Shown here piece after piece: positions 39,476 through 48,448 of a stretch of DNA of 64,000 bases (position 1 is its first letter; the number at the start of each line of letters is the position of its first letter). Source of the DNA: Candidatus Heimdallarchaeota archaeon (GTDB lineage Archaea; Asgardarchaeota; Heimdallarchaeia; Heimdallarchaeales; Heimdallarchaeaceae). Under the pieces are notes generated by a model, which was not told the DNA's origin, made no database searches, and saw only the letters and a list, made by a program, of their open reading frames with translations. The position numbers and the translations under genes are program-made. The DNA lies in the NCBI GenBank assembly GCA_019057815.1, contig JAHLWR010000005.1, forward strand, positions 1 to 64,000, read 5' to 3'.

Positions 39476-40387
39476 TCAGAAAAAATCAGATAAAGATTTT
39501 TGCCTTTTTGCTCTTAAAGCTGTATTAGTAGAAGTAAGACTGTGTCCATATATTTGTGTTAGGTGTGTGCTGTAGTAACTATTACCAACTTTTGTAACTA
39601 GTATAGCTCCCTTTGTCCCAACTATTTCACCAGCGATGCTTTTGGTTTTACTGACATCATTGATTATAGGATTAACTGTCAAAAAAGGTATCTTTCCATA
39701 ATAAGGTGCTAATTCTGTTTCTACATGTAGAATATTAGAAGGACTTGATTTGTAATCAGTTTTTTGAAGATATAAAGAAACTTTTCTTGTTAACTCTCGA
39801 AAAGTGTCAATCGATTTTTTGGAATCATAGTTAAGCTTTTTACTTTTCTGATTAACCTTAACACTTTGAGATATTCCTAAGTTTGTTGCCAAATCTCGCT
39901 CAATCTTCCTTGCTTCAATTCCATTTATTGCTCTAAAAACTTCAGTTGCCACATCTGCACCTTGATTTATCCACCTTTTAAGAGGATTAAAAGAGACTCC
40001 GACTTTTGTTTTGTCCGCAATGAGTGCTAAATATACCGAACAGGCATGTGCTTTGCAATATTCATATGCTTCCTGATTTTCTGTGCAAGTACCAAAAGGT
40101 TTAGTTGGATCACAAAGAAGGAAACATCTTTGGAAGTCTTTCTGGCTGCAACCATAACATTGATTGAATTTTTTTTCGACATTATTGAGACAGAAATGAT
40201 ACTTCTCTGAATTAATTTTGTGCCCTACACAAATTTTGTCATCTGATATTGTAACATTAAAAAATTCTTGAGGTAATAGGGGTTTCTTTATAATAGTTTT
40301 GGAATCTTTTTCTATATCGCGAAGAAAGAGAAAAGAATAGGGAGTAGTTGTTGGATCCCATTTCATTGCGATAAAATGTTCTGCCAA
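39476..40387 (-). CDS. DUF2797-like protein with C-terminal PIP box
   Basis: Cys clusters, SVYLA...KVGV, RWINQGA, GTKGAIL; ends QKSLSDFF. Confidence 0.8.
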   Translation of the reverse strand: MAEHFIAMKWDPTTTPYSFLFLRDIEKDSKTIIKKPLLPQEFFNVTISDDKICVGHKINSEKYHFCLNNVEKKFNQCYGCSQKDFQRCFLLCDPTKPFGTCTENQEAYEYCKAHACSVYLALIADKTKVGVSFNPLKRWINQGADVATEVFRAINGIEARKIERDLATNLGISQSVKVNQKSKKLNYDSKKSIDTFRELTRKVSLYLQKTDYKSSPSNILHVETELAPYYGKIPFLTVNPIINDVSKTKSIAGEIVGTKGAILVTKVGNSYYSTHLTQIYGHSLTSTNTALRAKRQKSLSDFF

Positions 40388-40406
40388 CTTAATCCCTACA
40401 CCTTAC

Positions 40407-41843
40407 TTATTTAGGTAAGATAATTATGTGTTCTTTGTTTGTTCTTAATTCTTCTTGACCTTGTTCAAAGAAAGTTAAAACCTTGTTTCCAAACGCCTTA
40501 GAAATGAAACCTTGCTCTATTAAATTATCAATAGTTCCTGAATCCACTGGTTCAACAACATCATTCTTTTTAACTATAAGAAGTCCAAGATCAACATATC
40601 GAAGTTTTCCTCCACTATAGAGTTCAACTGGTGTAACAATTTTTACTGTTTCACCCACAAGTATCTCTTTACGGAAAATCTTAGTGTGAATACTCCAACT
40701 TCCTTCTTTAGTTAATATAACAACTGAATCTCCTTGATGAATACCCTCGTTAAGCGCAAAATGTTCTCCCCGAGAAGAGCGAAAACTTCTTTCAATCACC
40801 ATAACATCCTTTGACCAGTTAAGTTGTCCCAAAACACGATACGTAGGAGCTGAAATTAAGCAATATTCCTGTAAATGGAGTATTGCGTTCTCTGAAAAAT
40901 CTCTTTCCAATATTGTTTCTTTAAGAAGAGAGGTAAGTTTTGTAGAGTCAACATCGGAAGACAATTTCTCTGCAAAAGTTGTGGTTAATTTGAGTTCAGG
41001 GGAGTAAGACATAAACCAATAGTAACTTGGAAGAGTTGGAGTAATTTCATTACGAATTTCACCCAGTTTATCTTTAGCAGCCTTAACAAACACTATGTGG
41101 GCAACAGCATGACCTGGTTGTAAAATACCCGGACCATAAGAAGAACCAGAAATAAGAAGATCTAACTCTTCTGCTTGTTGAATCAAATGGTCTATGTCTG
41201 CTTGAATTGCCTCAGAAGACGATTCTACTGCGCTTGTGCGCATTATCAATCCATGATCTCGAGGTCTTAATTGCTTCCCAAGTTCGAAAAGCCTATCTCT
41301 ATCATCCTTTGATAGTTTGCGGGAAACACGAACAAAATCAGCATCTCGCTCAAGAATAACAGCTTGACCAGGAAAATGTACTGTAGTAGAACAAACTGGA
41401 AGTTGATCTTCAAAGATATTTAGACTCTTTATTTGAACAACAATTTTTTGTTCTCGTCTATACTGTGCACCAAAAAGGATTGTATTAACATTCTCCCCAA
41501 TATCAACGATAGATAGATTCTTCTGATCATTTACGTGAACTACTGTCCCATTGTAAACAGCATGTAATTGAACTGGATGTTGAATTGTAATTGCATGTGG
41601 TATGGTTTCCCGAATAAGGGAAACTATTTCTGAAACATATTCTTCATCAGCCTCAATTGAGATACCATAGCCATCCATTACATCTGAAATCTCAATTTCG
41701 CTTGGATCATACTTTTGAGGAACCTTAAACAGCTTAGACTGTTCAGAGGTAGGTTGACATAATTTGTACTTTAGATTTTCAGTAATCAATTTAATAAGGG
41801 GTATATCATAAACACTTTTAACACGAAACATTGGACTAACCAT
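40407..41843 (-). CDS. fau-1: RNase E/G-like RNA-binding protein FAU-1 (with DUF402-like C-terminus)
   Basis: QPTSEQ, S1-like region, RVSRKL, GLIMRTSA, TPVELY...YVDL. Confidence 0.8.
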   Translation of the reverse strand: MVSPMFRVKSVYDIPLIKLITENLKYKLCQPTSEQSKLFKVPQKYDPSEIEISDVMDGYGISIEADEEYVSEIVSLIRETIPHAITIQHPVQLHAVYNGTVVHVNDQKNLSIVDIGENVNTILFGAQYRREQKIVVQIKSLNIFEDQLPVCSTTVHFPGQAVILERDADFVRVSRKLSKDDRDRLFELGKQLRPRDHGLIMRTSAVESSSEAIQADIDHLIQQAEELDLLISGSSYGPGILQPGHAVAHIVFVKAAKDKLGEIRNEITPTLPSYYWFMSYSPELKLTTTFAEKLSSDVDSTKLTSLLKETILERDFSENAILHLQEYCLISAPTYRVLGQLNWSKDVMVIERSFRSSRGEHFALNEGIHQGDSVVILTKEGSWSIHTKIFRKEILVGETVKIVTPVELYSGGKLRYVDLGLLIVKKNDVVEPVDSGTIDNLIEQGFISKAFGNKVLTFFEQGQEELRTNKEHIIILPK

Positions 41844-41988
41844 ACAAAATCACCATAAATAGAAGAGAAATACAAGCAATTAAAAAGTTAATGAAATAAA
41901 AGAGATGACAAAACATCAAAATTTTATTGTTTTAGATCACTTAAAAAATTAAATTTCAAAGAATAAAGCATACACAAAATAACAAAAC

Positions 41989-42071
41989 TGGAGCCAGGAC
42001 GGGGATTTGAACCCCGGCGCCAAAAGGCAGAGGCTTTCGAAGCCACCGTCATACCACTAGACTATCCTGGC
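41989..42071 (-). tRNA. tRNA-Ser(CGA), CCA encoded, atypical U73
   Basis: GCCAGGA/TCCTGGC acceptor, anticodon loop TTCGAAA, variable arm TGCC-TTTT-GGCG, T-loop TTCAAAT. Confidence 0.85.
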
Positions 42072-42133
42072 CTTAGAAATCACTCGAAATAAAAAAATAA
42101 AATTAAAAAATCCTTCGCTCACAACGTGAAACC

Positions 42134-42745
42134 TCACATTCGTATATACTTAGTACTTCCACAGTCTTTACATCCTTTTATCGAGCAATTAGAACAATAA
42201 TAAACCCCACATTTAGCACATTTTGATGTTGCTTTGATACTACAAGATATACAGCTCTTTGCTTTAAGTCGACGATGAATGAAAATGAAACCATATACAC
42301 CTAAAGCGAAGGCTCCGATACCACCAGCTACTTTTATAACAATCAAAAAAACACCACCAGCTGGCGAGCTAGTTCCAGGAGTTGAATCTTTTACTATTTC
42401 AATAATTGTTGTATTATGGTATTCATAAAGAGTAATCGTTTCATCTTCTTGTGAAACGTACCACGAAATTAGATCTTTAGTTTCTCCCAATTTCATGCCA
42501 AGTAATTCATTTATGAAGTTTTCATTGAAAGAATCTGGATTAACAACAATAGTCAATGGATAGTCGGGAGTGTAGATATAGGGCTCCCAGGTTTTGTGAT
42601 CGATTATCCGTGTACAAGTTACATTAACAGTATCATTATATTCAACACCTAGTTTATCATCGTAAGATTGAACAAGAAGACTTGGAAGTATTAAGAAATT
42701 GAACATCAACAAAACTACGACTGTATAAAAGGAAACCCTTTTCAT
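42134..42745 (-). CDS. Signal peptide - FKBP-like domain - TM - 8-Cys Zn finger protein (paralog A)
   Basis: PLTIVV...FINELLGMKLGETK; TM; CISC-x7-CAKC-x4-CSNC-x4-CKDC. Confidence 0.75.
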   Translation of the reverse strand: MKRVSFYTVVVLLMFNFLILPSLLVQSYDDKLGVEYNDTVNVTCTRIIDHKTWEPYIYTPDYPLTIVVNPDSFNENFINELLGMKLGETKDLISWYVSQEDETITLYEYHNTTIIEIVKDSTPGTSSPAGGVFLIVIKVAGGIGAFALGVYGFIFIHRRLKAKSCISCSIKATSKCAKCGVYYCSNCSIKGCKDCGSTKYIRM

Positions 42746-42799
42746 CGAGCTGAAAGAGAAAAGGAAACATAAAAGAATTTCGGAAACTGTCTTAATTTC

Positions 42800-43447
42800 T
42801 TACCTTTTGAAATGGATTAATGTACGGCTTTTACAAGCTGGACAACCATTAGAGTAACATCGTTCACAAAAAGCTTTGTTGCATTTTGTGCATTTTCCAA
42901 TGGCACTTTTCTTGCACACCAAGCAGCGTTTACCAAAAATCTTAGGATAATAACGATAACCAAAATAAACAAGACCTAAAACTGCACAAAAGCCCAGAAC
43001 GCCAAGACCTATTCGAAGGAAATAATAACCGAATTGACCAAGATTATCGTCCGGTTCTTCCGTCGTTGAAACACCGTTTATTTCATAAATTTCAAGATCA
43101 TAATAGTATAAAGTTTTACCCTCTAATTCAGGGTGGTAGGGATCAGAAAAAGTGAACCCTTCCTCAGGTAAGACAGTAATATCTTTAGGAGTATGAAGCG
43201 CCATTCCAATAAGAGCATTAAACAACCCTTCAGGGGTAACAATGTCTGGAACTAAGCGTTTCTTTACTGGGAATTCCCTATGATAATAATCGATAACTGC
43301 ATGATCAACTTCCAAACGATAACCGTAAGATAATAAATCTCCAATCTCAACATAAGGTGGAGCGGCTGCACACTGCTCAATATATGAGGGTAGAGTAAAA
43401 ATTATCATAGACAACAAAAATATAAGGGGAGCTTTGGTTCTAACCAT
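42800..43447 (-). CDS. Signal peptide - FKBP/SlyD-like domain - TM - 8-Cys Zn finger protein (paralog B)
   Basis: VEIGDLLSYGYRL, GLFNALIGM, ITVLPEEGF, HPELEGKTLYY; TM; CLVC-x7-CTKC-x4-CERC-x4-CPAC. Confidence 0.78.
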   Translation of the reverse strand: MVRTKAPLIFLLSMIIFTLPSYIEQCAAAPPYVEIGDLLSYGYRLEVDHAVIDYYHREFPVKKRLVPDIVTPEGLFNALIGMALHTPKDITVLPEEGFTFSDPYHPELEGKTLYYYDLEIYEINGVSTTEEPDDNLGQFGYYFLRIGLGVLGFCAVLGLVYFGYRYYPKIFGKRCLVCKKSAIGKCTKCNKAFCERCYSNGCPACKSRTLIHFKR

Positions 43448-43655
43448 CAAGAGAAAAGAATCGTTTACAAATAAAAAACTATCGAATTCTTGAAAAAAAT
43501 GTAAAAACAAAAGTTACAGAGCAAAGTTGATAGAAAAATTACATAGAGTAAGAAGCGTTGCATATGTGAGGGGTTAAGTTAATCATCGATAAGTTTAAAT
43601 GAAAATTATTAAAAAAAAAATTGCACAATATGTGCCAAAAATATGAAAATAGACA

Positions 43656-43765
43656 GGGGCAGTAGTTTAGTCTGGTCAATGATCGTGGACTGTCAAGCGA
43701 GTTACAGCATCTGTAGCCAGTGCTGAACTCCATGGACCCGGGTTCAAATCCCGGCTGCCTCGCCA
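43656..43765 (+). tRNA. tRNA-Asp(GTC) with canonical intron (~43696-43727), CCA encoded
   Basis: GGGGCAG/CTGCCTC acceptor, G73, GTGGA-CTGTCA[intron]C-TCCAT, T-arm CCGGG-TTCAAAT-CCCGG. Confidence 0.88.
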
Positions 43766-43816
43766 GATATATTTTCCTGATATTTTCTATTCTCAGTCTC
43801 TATTGACCTCTTATCT

Positions 43817-44785
43817 TTAACTTCTCATCCGCTTTAGAATCCTTTCCACTAAGAATGTTATCCATGCTGATGGTTCTCCTTTTTGGCCAAAATCCCACCC
43901 TTTCCAAGCCCGCCATACCGATTCTGCTGTATACCTACCTTTTTCATCGGCTTTTTGTTTTATTATATCTACCATTTCAACTAATCTTTCATCGTTTCTT
44001 AACCAAGGAAATTGAGATAAAACTTCAGTAACATGCAAAATATCATACCATATTAAAGGGGCTTTTAATTTTTTGAATCGACTACCCATCCCAAACAAAT
44101 ATGGTTTCCTTTCTTTTCTTTTTTCCCATAATTCAAGTAAAGATTCTGCTCCAATCTTACATTCGTTACTATTTCTCCACTTTTTCATTTGAGAGAGAGC
44201 TTTAAGTACTACAAGATTAGCATAAGGGCAAGGATCAGTTTTTCTTCCAGGACCCCTGAACTTTCCTAAATCGTTAGATACAGCACAAGGCCATCCATTT
44301 TCTCTTATTAAAGTTACTATATACTTTGCCGATTGTTCAACATTTTTCTCCTCATCTAAACCAAATTTGGCAATAGCATACACAATTAATGGTGCATCAC
44401 AGAGCATCCACGAAAACTGATTTGTTCCAGATCCCCCAAATCTAATTGGTATATTTACGAGCACTTGAAAAACTCCTTCCTCAGATTTTCTATTGGAAAT
44501 TTTATCGATTACTAACTGGATACCATCGTCTTCTTGTGTTAACCCCAAATCAGCTGCTAAAGTTAATTTATGTAACAGGTGACTAGCATCATTGTGACGT
44601 TTTAACGGTGACCCAGGCCATAAATGGAGCTCTGCAACCATTTTCTTTATTTTAGAGTCCTTCAACATTATTTTTTTGGCAGAAACAACCTCTGGTGATT
44701 TTTCAGGCTGGTTAAGCAAATGCACACGAACATTATATTCGACCCAAGGTTCAGATTGAACCAACCATGCTATAACATCTTTCAT
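43817..44785 (-). CDS. Hypothetical protein, prenyltransferase/squalene-cyclase-like alpha-alpha toroid
   Basis: RENGWPC, DPCPYA, YDILHVTEVL, QW-like repeat ADEKGRY, GEPSAWIT. Confidence 0.65.
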   Translation of the reverse strand: MKDVIAWLVQSEPWVEYNVRVHLLNQPEKSPEVVSAKKIMLKDSKIKKMVAELHLWPGSPLKRHNDASHLLHKLTLAADLGLTQEDDGIQLVIDKISNRKSEEGVFQVLVNIPIRFGGSGTNQFSWMLCDAPLIVYAIAKFGLDEEKNVEQSAKYIVTLIRENGWPCAVSNDLGKFRGPGRKTDPCPYANLVVLKALSQMKKWRNSNECKIGAESLLELWEKRKERKPYLFGMGSRFKKLKAPLIWYDILHVTEVLSQFPWLRNDERLVEMVDIIKQKADEKGRYTAESVWRAWKGWDFGQKGEPSAWITFLVERILKRMRS

Positions 44786-45077
44786 AACAAAGAATTATAG
44801 GAATTCATTTATAAACTGTTTTTGTTATATTCTCTTAATTGTAAATTGAGTAATTCAAAGCTCAACGTTTTTGTTACATCTACTTCATTTTTTTTATTTT
44901 CCTTCTACTTTTTTTACTAAAAAGTTATTTTATCTAAGTTCAATTTTTCGAAAATTTTCGATTTTTTCAGCTTACACACCTATTTTTCCCGACAAAAATC
45001 AAAAATAATCCTTCTAAAAGCTATTTTTCGAAAATATTTAGGTCTAGAGTTTTAAGGGAATAGTCAAAATATACACT

Positions 45078-45644
45078 TTAGTCTAGGCCCACTTCTACAC
45101 GTTTCTTTTCAACAGCAGCCATAAGTTCTTTAGCAAAAGTTATGAAAGCATCTTCAACTTTTTCTCCTGTTTTAGCAGAAGTAATAAAGAATGATTCCTT
45201 TGGCAGTTTTAGCTCCTCCACTAGTTTGTAAGTTTCATCATCTGAAATTACAACTTGTTCCTTTAGATCTGCTTTATTTCCAACAACAAAGAAAATTACT
45301 TCCTCTTCCACACTATCTAACCCCTTTTTCCACAAATTCAAGGATGTTAATGTATTTTCTCTAGTGAGATCAAAAACAAGGAGGCACCCCTTTGCACCGC
45401 GATAAAATTTCTCTCTGACAGAGGCAAATCTTTCTTGACCACCTATATCACTTATCAAAAATAAAACTTCGTCATCACCGACAAACAGCTGTTTACTTAG
45501 AATATCAACGCCTATAGTCATCAGATAAGAAGCAGAGAATCTATTATGTACAAAGCGTGTAATAAGCGAACTTTTTCCTACTCCAGGATCTCCAAGTAAG
45601 ACTATTTTGAAGATGTATTTCCGTCCTTGCTTCTTCTCGACCAT
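45078..45644 (-). CDS. Rab-like small GTPase
   Basis: FKIVLLGDPGVGKSS, YLMTIGVD, DIGGQERF, GNKADL, TSAKTG; no C-terminal Cys motif. Confidence 0.93.
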   Translation of the reverse strand: MVEKKQGRKYIFKIVLLGDPGVGKSSLITRFVHNRFSASYLMTIGVDILSKQLFVGDDEVLFLISDIGGQERFASVREKFYRGAKGCLLVFDLTRENTLTSLNLWKKGLDSVEEEVIFFVVGNKADLKEQVVISDDETYKLVEELKLPKESFFITSAKTGEKVEDAFITFAKELMAAVEKKRVEVGLD

Positions 45645-45719
45645 TTAGTTTTTCCCCACTTGTTGTATTTTTAGTTTCTCTTTTTATTAATCTTGTGCTT
45701 TAAATTCCATATTGACTCT

Positions 45720-46124
45720 CTAGTTCTTGAATTTTTTAATAAACTCTTCAGCTGTTTTTTGCTCTAGCTTCCCTTGCTCTGGAAACTTAATAATACCATC
45801 ATTCGACCATCGTGGAATAAGATGGAAATGAACATGAAGGATAACTTGTCCTGCCGCTCTTTCGTTGCTTTGTAAGATGTTCACTCCTTCTGCTTCCGTA
45901 GTTTCCTTTAGTTTTTTTGCGATCATTGGTAATTTTTTTAAAAAAACCATATCCTCTTCTGGAACAGAGAAAAGAGTTTCATAATGCTTTTTCGGGATAA
46001 GAAGACTGTGCCCTTTTGAAATAGGGTTTATATCTAAAAACACTTTTACATCCTCATCTTCATAAAGTGTATAACTTGGAATCTCTCCTTTTATAATCAT
46101 GCAAAAAATGCAGTCATCTGCCAT
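45720..46124 (-). CDS. HIT family hydrolase
   Basis: CIFC, FLDINP, GHSLLIPKKH, HVHFHLIPR. Confidence 0.95.
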   Translation of the reverse strand: MADDCIFCMIIKGEIPSYTLYEDEDVKVFLDINPISKGHSLLIPKKHYETLFSVPEEDMVFLKKLPMIAKKLKETTEAEGVNILQSNERAAGQVILHVHFHLIPRWSNDGIIKFPEQGKLEQKTAEEFIKKFKN

Positions 46125-46333
46125 ATATCATTCACCTTATTTGTTTTTTTAGTATTATATCCTACCTTTTTCAGTCTTTTGTTGAAATTCCCACACCTTT
46201 ATCTGGATAAACTCTGTAAGCTTCTCTACTACCCTGTATTTATCGCGATCATTATTACTTTCAATCTCATATAGTCAACATCTTTACTAAATAAACAAAG
46301 CCTTCCAGGAGCTGAAACGTCAATTTTTTCAGT

Positions 46334-47674
46334 TTACTCATTCCACTGATTTTGATAAAGTGTGGCTTTTTCTCTTAAATTTTGTAAATCTATAATTGTA
46401 AACTGATTATCCTTAAACAAAATCTTACCATCAACCATCACCATATTAACATCTTTCCCAGATGCAGAATAAACAAGATGTGAAATAGGATCATATAATG
46501 GAATACAGTTTACATCCGAAATATCAACTTGGAATAGATCAGCTTTTTTTCCAATTTCAAGAGAACCAATTTCTTTGTCCAAGTTTAGAGCTTTCGCACC
46601 CTCAAGTGTAGCCATCTTCAACACAACCTTTGAAGGAAGAACTCTTTCATTTAAGTGTTTAACTTTTTGCAGAAAGCTTGCTAATCTCATCTCTCTAAAC
46701 ATATCTAAATTATTGTTACAAGGCGCACCATCGGTGCCTAATCCAACAATAACATCCATGTCAAGGTATTTACTGACATCACAAATACCAGAAGCAAGTT
46801 TAGAATTACTGGAAGGGTTATGTGTTATTCGTGTATCAGTTTGTTTAATAAGACTATATTCAACATCATCTAACCATATACCATGTGCTAGAATCGTCTG
46901 GTTTCCTAATACATTGAGTTCATTTAACGCCCGTATGTATGACTTGCCATAATATCTTTCAACTTTAGCACATTCTTCTCTATTTTCAGATGCATGAGTA
47001 TGAATCATAATATCAGGATAGTTTCTCTGAATTTCAGAGAGATTTTTCATTAACTGCGGGGAACATGATAAGAGAAATCTAGCGTTGAGCGAATACTTTA
47101 TTCTATTTTTTTGGGTTTGGTGGTAATCTTCAATATCCTTTATCACATCTTCAACAATCTTCTCTGTATGTTCAATCATATCATCAGGGAAACCATTGTT
47201 TACATCCATAAGCATTTTACCAATTCGTGTTCTTATGCCACTATCAATTGCTGCTTGTATTCCATAATCCGAATGTTTTGTAGTCAACATATCATTACAA
47301 GTAGTTGTACCTGTCCTAATCATTTCAGCAAAACCGAGAAGTGAGGAAGTGTAGATTTCATCAACAGTAAAACTCTTTTCACCAGGTAAGATAACTTGTT
47401 GTAACCAATCTATAAGAGCTAAATCATCTGCTTTTCCTCTTAAAAGAGTTTGAACACTGTGACTATGGGTGTTTACCAATCCTGGAACAAGAATCTTATT
47501 TAAACCCTCTATTACTACATTAGCAGAAAAATCTTTGTGAATTTCTTTTCTTGATCCAATTGCTGTAATTCTATCATCCACAACATACACAGCACCATTT
47601 TTTATTACAGCATTCTTTGGATTACAGGTAATAAGATAATCAGCTTCAATAATTACATCAGACACTTTTACCAA
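46334..47674 (-). CDS. Amidohydrolase (MTA/SAH or 5'-deoxyadenosine deaminase-like)
   Basis: PGLVNTHSH, HTHASE, HNPSSNSKL, GLGTDG. Confidence 0.9.
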   Translation of the reverse strand: MVKVSDVIIEADYLITCNPKNAVIKNGAVYVVDDRITAIGSRKEIHKDFSANVVIEGLNKILVPGLVNTHSHSVQTLLRGKADDLALIDWLQQVILPGEKSFTVDEIYTSSLLGFAEMIRTGTTTCNDMLTTKHSDYGIQAAIDSGIRTRIGKMLMDVNNGFPDDMIEHTEKIVEDVIKDIEDYHQTQKNRIKYSLNARFLLSCSPQLMKNLSEIQRNYPDIMIHTHASENREECAKVERYYGKSYIRALNELNVLGNQTILAHGIWLDDVEYSLIKQTDTRITHNPSSNSKLASGICDVSKYLDMDVIVGLGTDGAPCNNNLDMFREMRLASFLQKVKHLNERVLPSKVVLKMATLEGAKALNLDKEIGSLEIGKKADLFQVDISDVNCIPLYDPISHLVYSASGKDVNMVMVDGKILFKDNQFTIIDLQNLREKATLYQNQWNE

Positions 47675-47678
47675 TGCA

Positions 47679-48395
47679 ATGATTACATTAAGCTTAATAA
47701 AGTCTATTTTTCAGATAAAGAGTGAGGAGAAAAGTTTGTCAGAGGTTTCTTTAGGAAAATTAACAGAAACAATGAAAACTTGCATAGCATGTCAGCTTCA
47801 TAAGAATCGTACTCAAGTGGTTCCAGGAATGTACGGACCAAAAAATGGACTGTGTTTGATTGGAGAAGCTCCAGGATATAATGAGGATCTCCAAGGACAA
47901 CCATTTGTAGGCAGATCGGGAAAATTACTAGATAAAATGCTCAATAATGTTGGTTTAGTACGAGGGGAAAATCTAAGTATATTGAATGTTGTTAAATGCC
48001 GTCCAACAATAAATGGTTCAAATCGGACGCCCACAGCATCAGAACTAAAATTTTGTGGTGAAAAGTGGTTAACTAAACAACTTCAAATTCTTAAACCAAA
48101 ATTAATTGTCACGCTTGGGGGAATATCTCTAAAATTCTTTTTCCCTAAAGCTAGTGTAACTCGTTCAGCTGGGACAATTATGGTTTCTACTGATGGATAC
48201 CCTATATTCTCAACATTCCATCCAGCTTATTTATTAAGGAATGGTAGGCCTGAATTGTACGAAAAATATGAGAGTCATTTCAAAGAAATTGCAAATATAA
48301 TGAATAAGGATTCAAGCACGATTTCTGAAATAGCGCCACTAGAGCCAGCAAAACCTAAAAGTCAGAAAAAAATGACTGATTTTTTTGGGAAGTAA
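47679..48395 (+). CDS. udg: Family-4 uracil-DNA glycosylase with C-terminal PIP box
   Basis: CIACQL, GEAPG, PFVGRSG, NVVKCRP, HPAYLLR; tail QKKMTDFF; true start may lie further downstream. Confidence 0.93.
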   Translation: MITLSLIKSIFQIKSEEKSLSEVSLGKLTETMKTCIACQLHKNRTQVVPGMYGPKNGLCLIGEAPGYNEDLQGQPFVGRSGKLLDKMLNNVGLVRGENLSILNVVKCRPTINGSNRTPTASELKFCGEKWLTKQLQILKPKLIVTLGGISLKFFFPKASVTRSAGTIMVSTDGYPIFSTFHPAYLLRNGRPELYEKYESHFKEIANIMNKDSSTISEIAPLEPAKPKSQKKMTDFFGK

Positions 48396-48448
48396 ATAAT
48401 ATACTCATGTTGGAAACTTTTTAAATTTCGTAATTAAACGTCAACAAG

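Noticed and set aside
44940-45040. TTTTCGAAAA palindromes (also ~61968-61980)
   Set aside because: Low-complexity A/T tracts downstream of genes, plausibly terminator-like; no specific evidence for an operator
43817-45644. Rab plus prenyltransferase-fold neighbour as a prenylation system
   Set aside because: The GTPase has no C-terminal Cys, the genes are ~290 bp apart, and the toroid protein looks like a widespread prokaryotic family
46135-46330. Possible small ORF between the amidohydrolase and HIT genes
   Set aside because: The protein-like frame lacks a start and is interrupted by stops; unsupported
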